Shown one piece after another: positions 9,001-16,631 of a DNA stretch of 27,486 nt. How positions within the stretch are numbered: position 1 is the first letter of the stretch; each line of letters opens with the position of its first letter. Made by a program: the position numbers and the translations under genes. The stretch comes from Candidatus Moanibacter sp. (GTDB taxonomy: Bacteria; Verrucomicrobiota; Verrucomicrobiia; Opitutales; UBA2987). The notes under the pieces were generated by a model, which did not search any database, was not told the DNA's origin, and saw only the letters and a program-made list of their open reading frames with translations. The DNA lies in assembly GCA_965215885.1 (NCBI GenBank), contig CBDCEW010000001.1:1-27486 (forward strand). The letters run 5' to 3'.

Positions 9001-12000
9001 GGTCGGTGCCCTGGCCCCCTTGGCATGGGAGGGGTTCCAGGTTTCACCGGCGGATAAAACGACCTGGCAGTTCTCTGCATCGATGGTGCCGACCGATTAC
9101 CTGGCGAACCTCGAAATGAAGGTCAGGCCGCTTATTACAGCGTGGGATTTTGCTGTTGGTTCGGTAATTGCGGTATCGGGATTGTTACTCTATTTTCTGC
9201 TCTGCGGTCACCGAGTGCTGGCGGTTGCGGCCGGCTCACCAGGCGAACGGCTTCCGGTTTACCGCGCGGCATTTAGAGCCCTTCCTGCGACCCTGATACT
9301 CAGCGGACTGCTGCAACTCCCGTACGGGGAGATCGCGCTGCTTAGCCTCTTCGCCACGGTTATTGTATGGCGGGTTGTCCGACCTTCGGCCCGAGCCTTG
9401 GGGCAGGGTCTCCGTGGAGACTCGGCGTTGGTGTCGGCTTCGCGGGCCGGATCTACTTTGGCAGTCGTCGCGATCTCTCTCGGGATATTGCCTGGCCAGG
9501 ATGCCCATGGGGATGTTGGGAAGGCCGATTCCGGAAGGACTGCAGAATCCCTTGAACAGACTTTGACCGTGAATGAAGACTATGCCGCGGTCGAATGCGT
9601 GATGTTGTGGGACGCGGAAAGGGGCGAAACCCTCATTATTCTGGAACACCCGGGAATTTTGACTCGCCTCGATGAAACGGACCGGGATTTCACCCTGATT
9701 CGAGAATATGAGAGCGAAAGGGCCTCCTACCACCTAAAGGCGAAGCGCTCAGGCAGGCTGTCGATTCGATTTGCATACAATCTTCCCGTCCGTGAAACAG
9801 GGTCGATCAGCGAAATCGTCCTTCCTACCGTACCTGCGCTGTTTAGCGAGGCCATCGTTCAAATTGACCGACCGGATCTGGCGCTTTACTCGAAAGATGC
9901 GGTGATGATTATCGAGGAGGAAGGCTCGGGGACCGGAACGACGATTGCACGCGTCTCTCTTACCCCGGTCCGCGGCGCCCGCATTCAATGGGAGCCGAAA
10001 AAGCGCGAGACCCGCCTGGAGACTGCAGTTGTATTCGCCGAGGCGAATCACCTCTTTCAACTCGCAACGGGTGTAATCGCGGGAAACCACATTTTCGACC
10101 TTCGACTGGCACAGGGAGAAGTGCGGAAACTCTCGTTTCATATCCCTGAGGAATTTACTATAGCCGCGGTTTCGGCGGATGCTCTGGCGGGGTGGCGCTT
10201 CGATCCAGAAAGCCGGTCTTTGGAAGTGAACTTCGACTCCCCACGTACCTCGGAGTTCAGTGTCGAGATTCGCTCGCAAAGCGAAGCCGGCGGGCTGCCC
10301 TACCTTCAGCGGCTCGGGATGATTTCGGTCGAAGGGGTGGTTGGGGAAGTGGGACTTGTGGGGATTGTGACCAGTTCCGAGGTTCAACTGGGGGAGACGC
10401 GGGGCGAAGGGTTGGCACCGATCAATATCGAGGACTTTCCGCTTGAACGGTTTCAAAGTGAAGGCGGTGCGAGCGATCGGCTGTCCTTGCGGCGGGCCTT
10501 TCGATTTTCAAATATCTCTGTTGCTCTGGAACTCGAAACGCTGGCGATTGAGCCCCTGGTACGGTCGTCGGTGCGCCAAACGCTTTCCCTGGGCGAGGAT
10601 CAAACCGTCCTCGCGACGGATTTGGAGACTACCGTCACGCGTGCCGGAGTATTCGCCCTGAGCTTCAACCTTCCCGAACAGTTCGAAGTCGAGAGCATAA
10701 CCGGCTCAGTGCTCAGTCACTGGACCGAATCCGACTCCGGCGATGGGACTGTTATCACTCTGCACACTGTGGGAAAGGTGACGGGAGAGCATGCATTTCA
10801 TGTCAATCTCATTGGACCAGGTGTGAGTCCTGACCTTCTTCTGAGAGCTCCTCGGCTTGTCCTGCGAGAGTCTGAAAAACACCGTGGGATTATCTTCGTT
10901 GTGCCGGAGGAAGGTATGAGATTGAGTATCGTCGACCGGGACGGACTTACCCAGGTGGACCCGCGCGAAGCAGGAGTCAATCGTCCGGGTGTGCAGGTTT
11001 TTCGCCTTTTGAAGAGCGACTGGAAACTTGGATTCGAAGTCGAGAAAATTGACCCTTGGATCGAGGTGGCATCGCTCCAGGACGCTACCATCAGGGAAGG
11101 CCTCATCGAGGTGCGCGGGATTCTCAATTACAAGATTGAGAATGCCGGGGTCAAGACCCTCCGCGTGTGGATACCTTCGAATGCAGCCGGTGTGCTATTT
11201 TCCGGGGATTTCATCGAAGAATCCCAAGCGGTCTCGGATAGTGACGGATCGTGGTCGGTCGCATTGCGGCGTCGGGTGATCGGTGAATATCGCCTGGAGG
11301 TATCTTTCCAGATGGTGGTAAAGGGCGTCAGTTTTCCCCATTCGATTGAAGGTATTCGCGCCATCGACGCCTCTCTCCAGCGCGGATATTTCACTTTGCG
11401 CACGGTGGGCCGATTGGAACTGCGGGTGCCCTCCAGGCCATCCGCACTGCAACCCTTGCATTGGGAGGCTATTCCCCGGGACTTGCTCCCCGAGTCGCTT
11501 GATCCGCCCGTTCTCGCGTTTCGCGCTTTGGCTCCGGATTTTGTCCTACCCCTCGAAGTTTTGCGCCACCAGACGGCGGAGGTGCTGCCGGCCCGTGTGA
11601 CTGGGGCGAATTTCATTTCGCTCGTATCCGAAGCCGGGGAGATCCTCACCGTAGTGCGCATTCGCCTCCACCCTGGCGACAAGCGTCATCTCCGGGTCAG
11701 ATTGCCGGCGGAAGCCGGTTTCTGGTATGCCTTTGTCAATGACCGGAGCGCCCTACCGTGGCGAGATGGCAACGTCGTCCTCATCCCCCTCGGGGAGCGT
11801 CTGGAAAGTGGAGATGCTTCTACCGTCGAGTTTGTGTATGCAACATCGGAAAAATCCTTATTCCCTGGCGAATCAGTAGTGCCATTGGACGGGCCTAAAT
11901 TTGACCTTCCTCTCGAGAATATTGAGTGGCGTGTGTTTCTTCCCGAGCACCTCCGGCTCGCTGCCTATGAAGGAGACCTCGTCAAAAAGCGGGAATACGG

Positions 12001-12694
12001 GGCCTTTTCCGCGCCTTACGGGTTTAACTTGGAGGCCTACCTCAATGGAGAGAAATCACACCTGGCGGCAAAGATTGAGCGGGCCGAAGAGATGCTGACC
12101 GCCGGTAACGATCTGGTGAACCGGGGAAACCAGCGCGCCGCCCGAGACGCCCTCAAGTCGGCATATTCACTCTCCCGACATGATGAGGCGTTTAACGAAG
12201 ACGCCCGCGTCCAGTTGAACAATCTCCTCACCCGCCAGGCGTTGGTCGGTCTCGCAATGCGCCGCGACCGTTTGCTGCAACAGTTTTCTCCTGATTCGAA
12301 GGGGTCCGTCATACCTCTGCGAGGCGGCGCCGGACCTATGAGTTTCACCCCTCAGCAAGCACAGGCGGTAATGGGTGGCATTCCCGCGGAAGAAGGCGCC
12401 GTCCTTACCCGATTGGCGCAAAGGATCGTCCGCCAGCACACTTCGGTGATCGACTCTCCGGACGCGATTCGCGCGAGCTTGCCGCTGCGGGGCCGGGAAT
12501 ACACCTTTACCCGGCCCCTTCAGGTGGAACTTTGGCAGAACCTCGGTCTGGTTTTGGGAACACGCGAGAAATTTGACTGGACCGGTCGCTGGGAGCTCTC
12601 CCTGATTGCCGCAGGTCTATTCTTTGCCTTTGCTGCGATTCGGAGCGTCTTATCAATGTCTCGGGCGCGATTGGCGGGGTCTCAGAGTGAATGA
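6029..12694 (+). CDS. Giant (~2,200 aa) uncharacterised membrane protein made of two homologous beta-repeat halves separated by a multi-TM block
   Basis: Uninterrupted 2221-aa ORF. Signal-peptide-like MVLRKLLLPKLAVMLLTFGAGGLDLEA suggests a true start at ATG 6119. Hydrophobic block at nt ~8840-9510, C-terminal TM (LSLIAAGLFFAFAAI), and repeated ~170-180-aa modules. No catalytic motif recognised. Confidence 0.85.
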   Translation: MKRSMTITRRPGLLFGGGELEQRLKLRRRSMVLRKLLLPKLAVMLLTFGAGGLDLEANPSTSLPPSHKASARHGRAGEGKAAAEPVEFRDFLLTGNRDGETITFELTGTAHVSDRAGGRLVFVSGAVALVEMPTKGNFEILYEDGSYQLNFKRPGRYSVSLRFRAAVRRFDELSPATPAERDVAGKLTAGRVEDGHEVRFGVVSAPIRLVELMGFSESERVELDGATRPVRDGDVLRAHLGLGSGFSLTWRREVPEVSSKLFYAAEATVATVVSPGLMRHVHRCKVTILQGEMESIEFLLSGEGEITRIEGEGLVGWEILTGSESGERLLRVRMNPSQKEDFQLTVFTRSPLSQFPVVAEVFRLVPVGATRFSGHQLVMNEGAVSIEVTETVGLSQITTEAFPRAFPGEDSPDLMLDDGGVQAFAFRISTPRYRLTVRADDVLPEVAVSAVMVFELRETETVANVGLELEVREAPLREFSLLVPADYSIASIEFAHLSDYFLSEAEDSQSRLRLVFSRPIEGRQLLSFRLEKNIDWSGSNWNLPRIVPENVKSLRGYLGVKADPGIRLSSESVTGVTELATAFFPRRDPDLQQAYRIKRGDWQVSVAVDRLPASIRAEIFHHFSIGEGIVYGSSLLNLHISGAPISVLQVKVPERYGNVEFTGQDVRNWEASSNGFQVYLHSPVAGPYTLLATYDASFEHGGESLPFSGAHPVDVESEQGYIVVESPYQFGLKNERVSPDLIRLEVEEIPAEYRLLVDAPVLAAYQYAARPFDADLHLVLFQQGTTLEQLVDFAGFKTEVSGSGETLTMAQFLLKSQGASHFRVRIPDSARLWWANVDGQRVVPVTDREDILIPLPRDKAPGIMTTVELKLAGVPDEGGRILLTPPSVEIPALLTEWEVSSEPGYLLEISDQDLHSRINGLPPAGITRLKELITGKRGNFHGTLLTVALVFAVAGGACLRRLRPNGKVGVVSVQPPGYLRAGASCFFGLIAVGALAPLAWEGFQVSPADKTTWQFSASMVPTDYLANLEMKVRPLITAWDFAVGSVIAVSGLLLYFLLCGHRVLAVAAGSPGERLPVYRAAFRALPATLILSGLLQLPYGEIALLSLFATVIVWRVVRPSARALGQGLRGDSALVSASRAGSTLAVVAISLGILPGQDAHGDVGKADSGRTAESLEQTLTVNEDYAAVECVMLWDAERGETLIILEHPGILTRLDETDRDFTLIREYESERASYHLKAKRSGRLSIRFAYNLPVRETGSISEIVLPTVPALFSEAIVQIDRPDLALYSKDAVMIIEEEGSGTGTTIARVSLTPVRGARIQWEPKKRETRLETAVVFAEANHLFQLATGVIAGNHIFDLRLAQGEVRKLSFHIPEEFTIAAVSADALAGWRFDPESRSLEVNFDSPRTSEFSVEIRSQSEAGGLPYLQRLGMISVEGVVGEVGLVGIVTSSEVQLGETRGEGLAPINIEDFPLERFQSEGGASDRLSLRRAFRFSNISVALELETLAIEPLVRSSVRQTLSLGEDQTVLATDLETTVTRAGVFALSFNLPEQFEVESITGSVLSHWTESDSGDGTVITLHTVGKVTGEHAFHVNLIGPGVSPDLLLRAPRLVLRESEKHRGIIFVVPEEGMRLSIVDRDGLTQVDPREAGVNRPGVQVFRLLKSDWKLGFEVEKIDPWIEVASLQDATIREGLIEVRGILNYKIENAGVKTLRVWIPSNAAGVLFSGDFIEESQAVSDSDGSWSVALRRRVIGEYRLEVSFQMVVKGVSFPHSIEGIRAIDASLQRGYFTLRTVGRLELRVPSRPSALQPLHWEAIPRDLLPESLDPPVLAFRALAPDFVLPLEVLRHQTAEVLPARVTGANFISLVSEAGEILTVVRIRLHPGDKRHLRVRLPAEAGFWYAFVNDRSALPWRDGNVVLIPLGERLESGDASTVEFVYATSEKSLFPGESVVPLDGPKFDLPLENIEWRVFLPEHLRLAAYEGDLVKKREYGAFSAPYGFNLEAYLNGEKSHLAAKIERAEEMLTAGNDLVNRGNQRAARDALKSAYSLSRHDEAFNEDARVQLNNLLTRQALVGLAMRRDRLLQQFSPDSKGSVIPLRGGAGPMSFTPQQAQAVMGGIPAEEGAVLTRLAQRIVRQHTSVIDSPDAIRASLPLRGREYTFTRPLQVELWQNLGLVLGTREKFDWTGRWELSLIAAGLFFAFAAIRSVLSMSRARLAGSQSE

Positions 12695-12901
12695 GGAAAG
12701 TGATTGAGTTATGGAATAGTGGTGGTCGGTGGATGCTGGATGTGGGTTGTGTTACTGTTGGGATCGGGTGTAGCGTCGATGAAATGAGATGGCGTGGGTG
12801 GATTGGGTTGTTAGAGAATAGTCCTGGAAAGCCGGGATCGGACTTTATACTTCTTTCGTGATATTTACTCGATTTCAGCAGACCTGTAATCACATTAACC
12901 A

Positions 12902-14023
12902 ATGTCCGATACGATAAGCGAATTGATGCTCGATCTGCCGGAGACCGGAAGTGACCCGGAGGCGATCGAATACCCGAAATTAATGCACCTCCCGGCCGAG
13001 CCGGGAATGATCAGCGACGTTCGGACGGCGGGAGGAGAGCGGGTGAATCAGCACGCTTACCTCGCTCATTACGGTGGCCGGTTTTGGGCAGTGTGGAGCG
13101 ATGGACCCGGCCTGGTTCGCTGTCCACCGGAAGAGCACTGGAATGTCGTCCCCGGTCACGACCGGCCGCATACACGGATATCGTACGCGACGAGCGAGGA
13201 TGGATTGCGGTGGAGCGAAATTCAGGATCTTTCCGGTCCGCCGAAGATCGAGGGATTCGGGTATATCGCGCGTGGACTCTGGGAGAGGGAAGGGGAACTG
13301 CTGGCGCTGGCGAGCCATTTCAACGCACCCGGCTATACGGGAAAAGGATTGAGTCTTGAGGCGTGGCGCTGGAACGCCGGTACGGAGCGCTGGGATGAGG
13401 CCGGCAGGGTGCAGGATGACTCATTGAACAATTTCCCACCTAAGAAGCTGCCGAGCGGGGAGTGGATGATGAGCCGGCGCGACTATAGGGCACGAGTGAC
13501 GGCGTTGATCGGCGGAGTCGATAGGTTTGACGAATGGACTATTTATCCATTTGCGGCCTATGACGGCGAGAGCCAGAAACCGGAAGAGCCCTATTGGTAT
13601 ATTCTTCCGGACGGACAAACCCTTGTCGGGCTCTTTCGTGACAATGCCAGATCCAAGCGACTGCTGCGTGCGTTCTCCAATGATGATGGGCGAAGCTGGA
13701 CAGAACTGGTGAAGACGAATTTCCCAGATTCAATGAGCAAGTTTTTTGTGCTTCGCACCTCACGGGGGTTCTACGCGCTCGTATCGAATCCGAATCCGCT
13801 CGGCCGCGACCCCCTGACTCTGTCCATCAGCCACGACGGTATCCTCTATACCCGGATGTTCTACCTGATGGGCGGCCGGCATATCGATTATCCGCATATG
13901 ATTGAGCACGATGAGAATCTGTTGATCGCGTTTTCGGGAGCGAAACAGACTGTCGAAGTGTTGAAATTGCCGCTCGCCGCGATCGACGCGTTGATCCCAG
14001 CTGAGCGGGACAATCGTTCTTGA
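12902..14023 (+). CDS. BNR/Asp-box beta-propeller protein (exo-alpha-sialidase-like; activity unproven)
   Basis: Asp-box motifs SEDGLRW, SNDDGRSW and SHDGILY; also EP..Y.LPDG..L...FRD, R.PLTLSIS.DG and a C-terminal YP. No evident signal peptide. Confidence 0.8.
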   Translation: MSDTISELMLDLPETGSDPEAIEYPKLMHLPAEPGMISDVRTAGGERVNQHAYLAHYGGRFWAVWSDGPGLVRCPPEEHWNVVPGHDRPHTRISYATSEDGLRWSEIQDLSGPPKIEGFGYIARGLWEREGELLALASHFNAPGYTGKGLSLEAWRWNAGTERWDEAGRVQDDSLNNFPPKKLPSGEWMMSRRDYRARVTALIGGVDRFDEWTIYPFAAYDGESQKPEEPYWYILPDGQTLVGLFRDNARSKRLLRAFSNDDGRSWTELVKTNFPDSMSKFFVLRTSRGFYALVSNPNPLGRDPLTLSISHDGILYTRMFYLMGGRHIDYPHMIEHDENLLIAFSGAKQTVEVLKLPLAAIDALIPAERDNRS

Positions 14024-14137
14024 AATAGCGGCTGATGGCGAGGACGATTACGAGAACGAATTGTAGCGGCCTGCCGTATGGCAGAGTCCTATAAACCTTG
14101 TTCGTCATTCAACCAGCTGTAGATAACGTTTAAGGTT

Positions 14138-15082
14138 ATTAAAAGGTACATCATTGATACGGATACGGGGTCGGATGATGCGGTGGCGCTTGTCATGGCT
14201 GCTAAGGACCCGAATGCGGAGATCGACGCAGTTACGGTTGTAGCGGGGAATGTACCCCTGGATTACGGTGTACAGAATGCGCTCTACACACTGGAGCTGT
14301 GTAAGCGCGAAATTCCTGTATACGGCGGGTTGGAGAAACCGCTGATTCGGCCGCTTGAGACGGCCCAGTTTGTTCACGGGGAGGACGGTATGGGTGATAT
14401 CGGGTTACCTTTGAGCGGCCGGAAAGCGGCGGCAGGGCATGCAGTCACCGAATTGTGTGACCGTCTGATAAGAGAGGGCGACGCTATCGATTTGATTACG
14501 CTCGGGCCTCTGACTAACGTAGCTGCTGCCTTGCAGCTTGAACCGTCGATCGCGAAACGGGTTGGGGAGTGCGTCGTTATGGGCGGAACGGGTCGGGGTC
14601 CGGGAAACGTTACGCCCGTCGCGGAGTTTAATATCTGGGTCGATCCGGAAGCGGCTAAGATCGTGTTCGAGTCGGGAATGCGAATCAAAATGGTCGGGTG
14701 GGAAATCGCGTGCGGCTTCGCTTACTTTCGCGAGGAGGATATTGAGAAGTTGCGCTCTGTGGGCACTCCGCTGGCGCGATTCTGCGTCGATATCCAGAAG
14801 ACTCTTATCGAATTCGCGTCCAAAGTGTCCGGCGTTCGGGGATTCGATATGCCGGATCCCGTCGCCATGGCGGTTGCCCTGGACCCGGGTATTGTCCTCG
14901 CATCGGAGTTGCGGCATGTCGCCATCGCGACGGATGGGTTGTGCCGCGGGCAAACGGTTGTCGACCATTTGCAGATCACCGGAAATGCGCCCAATGTGGA
15001 AATCGTCACCGAGGTCTCAAGGGATGGCTTCCTTGAGATGCTTTACGAGTCTGTGGGGGGACCCGGAGAGTGGAAGAGTTGA
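14138..15082 (+). CDS. Inosine-uridine preferring nucleoside hydrolase (IUNH family)
   Basis: The frame upstream of the track start (GTG 14183) reads IKRYIIDTDTGSDDAVAL, containing the catalytic DxDxxxDD motif. Also VAGNV, VHGEDGMG, LGPLTNVA, VMGG and AEFNIWVDPEAA. The start is placed at ATT 14138 because no ATG/GTG/TTG precedes the motif. Confidence 0.9.
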   Translation: MKRYIIDTDTGSDDAVALVMAAKDPNAEIDAVTVVAGNVPLDYGVQNALYTLELCKREIPVYGGLEKPLIRPLETAQFVHGEDGMGDIGLPLSGRKAAAGHAVTELCDRLIREGDAIDLITLGPLTNVAAALQLEPSIAKRVGECVVMGGTGRGPGNVTPVAEFNIWVDPEAAKIVFESGMRIKMVGWEIACGFAYFREEDIEKLRSVGTPLARFCVDIQKTLIEFASKVSGVRGFDMPDPVAMAVALDPGIVLASELRHVAIATDGLCRGQTVVDHLQITGNAPNVEIVTEVSRDGFLEMLYESVGGPGEWKS

Positions 15083-15245
15083 AGAGTGGTAGAAAAGGGA
15101 GATGGCCACAAAAGAGCGCAAAGAACGCAAAAGGAGTCCCGGCCTGCCGGGAGAAAGAGGGGTCAGAGAGAAACCTGTCGCAGCATAACCGCAACCAAGA
15201 AAGAAGAAAAGAACCGCAGATGCACGCAGATGGACGCGAATGCAG
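15068..15245 (+). repeat. Cluster of short-period REP-like repeats downstream of the hydrolase
   Basis: 8-mer gagtggaa/gagttgaa/gagtggta, a gcgcaaag/acgcaaaa unit, hairpin tcccggcctgccggga and 10-mer cgcagatgca/cgcagatgga. A related hairpin atcccggcaagccgggat lies at ~15469-15486. Confidence 0.55.
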
Positions 15246-15691
15246 AAGGTTACTCCTACTTCCCTTGGAAACCTCGTCGCGAACCTTGTCCCATACCTTG
15301 CCTGCCTCGGCAAAGCGAAGCGATGACGGGTCGACTGCATTTTATTGAATATCAGCCTCTTCTACGCCAAACCTTGCTAGCCCGAACATCTCACAAACCT
15401 TCTACTACGACTGCGGATCTCACTACATATCAAAGCCTTCCCTTGCCCGCCGACCTCAGAGGGTTCCAATCCCGGCAAGCCGGGATCGCCCGCCGCCCTG
15501 CGGAAAGGCTCTGATATGCAGCAATCTACGCTGTCTCGCTACGAAGTGTGTGAAATGTTCGGGCTAGAAAAACAAAGATTTTACGGATTGTATTACGGAG
15601 GAGACACAGAGGGGTACAGAGGAGCATCTTACGGGAATAATGGTTCGAAGAGATAGGGAGACGGGGGAAAGGATGAATGATGAAGGATGTA

Positions 15692-15800
15692 CCCGCTAAA
15701 CACACGAAAAGACGCAAAAATGTGGGGTGGGAAGTTGTGAGATCCGAGATGCGGGATGCCCTTCGACGTTGCTCAGGGCCTTCGGCGGAATGGGAATGAA
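15692..15800 (+). repeat. Repeat family A, diverged copy 4
   Basis: cccgctaaacacacgaaaagacgcaaaaa..gttgtgagatccgagatgcgggatgcccttcgacgttgctcagggccttcggcgg is collinear with 5852-5965. Confidence 0.85.
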
Positions 15801-15801
15801 G

Positions 15802-15825
15802 AGATCCCCTCCCAGGAGGGGATCT
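15802..15825. terminator. Perfect 11-bp inverted repeat directly after the stop of the minus-strand gene (REP-like hairpin or terminator)
   Basis: agatcccctcc-ca-ggaggggatct abuts the TAA at 15825-15827. Only a weak U-tract follows. Confidence 0.5.
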
Positions 15826-16346
15826 TATTTTGGCAATGGTATCTTCACCCATTTTTCGTCGGGTCTTTGCCACCAATTGTAGAGGGGAGAACCGTTAATC
15901 TTGTGGACAGTTGCGTCGGTGACCTTCATGTCCCCTGAAGTGCCCCGCAAAAAGAAATCCATGTCATAAGTATTGCCGTCACTTCCGTCGAAGTCGGTGC
16001 AGGCGAAAAATTGACCATTTTCCAGTTGAGCGAGTTTATCTCTGTGAACCCTCTTCAGTGTCAGGGCCAACTCGGTCCCCTCGTAATTCATCCGATACAC
16101 ACCACCCCCCTCTTTTTCAGCGCTGCGGATGTGAACCTTGATCCCCTTGGCGATTTCAGCCTTGCTCACCGACTTTTCTTTTTTCGTGGGATGCTCGGGA
16201 TGTTCGGATTTTGCAGTCGGCTTCCTGGCTTTTTTCTCAGGGTGTTCCGAAGGGTGCTCGCTGGGATGCTCCCCTGCAGACGCCGGCACGGAGAGAAAAA
16301 ATACGAGAATAAAGCTTAGAGAAAGATTTAGAATATTTATGCGCAT
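15825..16346 (-). CDS. Small secreted protein with EHP (Glu-His-Pro) repeats, unknown function
   Basis: From ATG 16346: signal peptide MRINILNLSLSFILVFFLSVPASA, then GEHPSEHPSEHPEK..SEHPEHP, then a compact beta-rich domain (RVH...FACTDF...YDMDFFL...TVHKING.P.Y.W). Confidence 0.8.
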   Translation of the reverse strand: MRINILNLSLSFILVFFLSVPASAGEHPSEHPSEHPEKKARKPTAKSEHPEHPTKKEKSVSKAEIAKGIKVHIRSAEKEGGGVYRMNYEGTELALTLKRVHRDKLAQLENGQFFACTDFDGSDGNTYDMDFFLRGTSGDMKVTDATVHKINGSPLYNWWQRPDEKWVKIPLPK

Positions 16347-16631
16347 GTTTTTTACTATGGCAATTTGGCGGGGCACTTCAACAGGAATTTTTGGGAACGT
16401 GAGTGTGAGAATGAAAATCCTCCTACGCTTCCGAAGAGGCGGAAATCCCGCTCAGGGGGAGACGAAGGAGGGGAACTTGACGAATATAAACCTAAGGGAG
16501 AAGGGCCCCTCGAGAGGAGTTTCTCGGTAATAAGATCCTTGCGCGGGGAATTGAGCTTTACAATTTTTTTACAATTTTGTTATTTACCAAAAGAATGTAC
16601 CTGGTTCACGGGACGGATTCCTGACTGCGCC

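Noticed and set aside
9236..11682. Long antisense ORFs (165-235 aa) inside the giant gene
   Set aside because: These are typical shadow ORFs of a GC-rich coding strand and carry no motifs.
15086..15514. 142-aa and overlapping ORFs between the hydrolase and the EHP gene
   Set aside because: They are translations of repeat and low-complexity DNA with no recognisable domain.
1581..15800. Recurring ~44-nt repeat as a CRISPR array
   Set aside because: Copies are dispersed over kilobases with no regular spacers, and there are no cas genes.
16365..16631. 89-aa N-terminal extension of the kinase given by the ORF track
   Set aside because: It overlaps the divergent gene's leader and AT-rich promoter-like DNA; ATG 16632 directly precedes the MASE1 domain.
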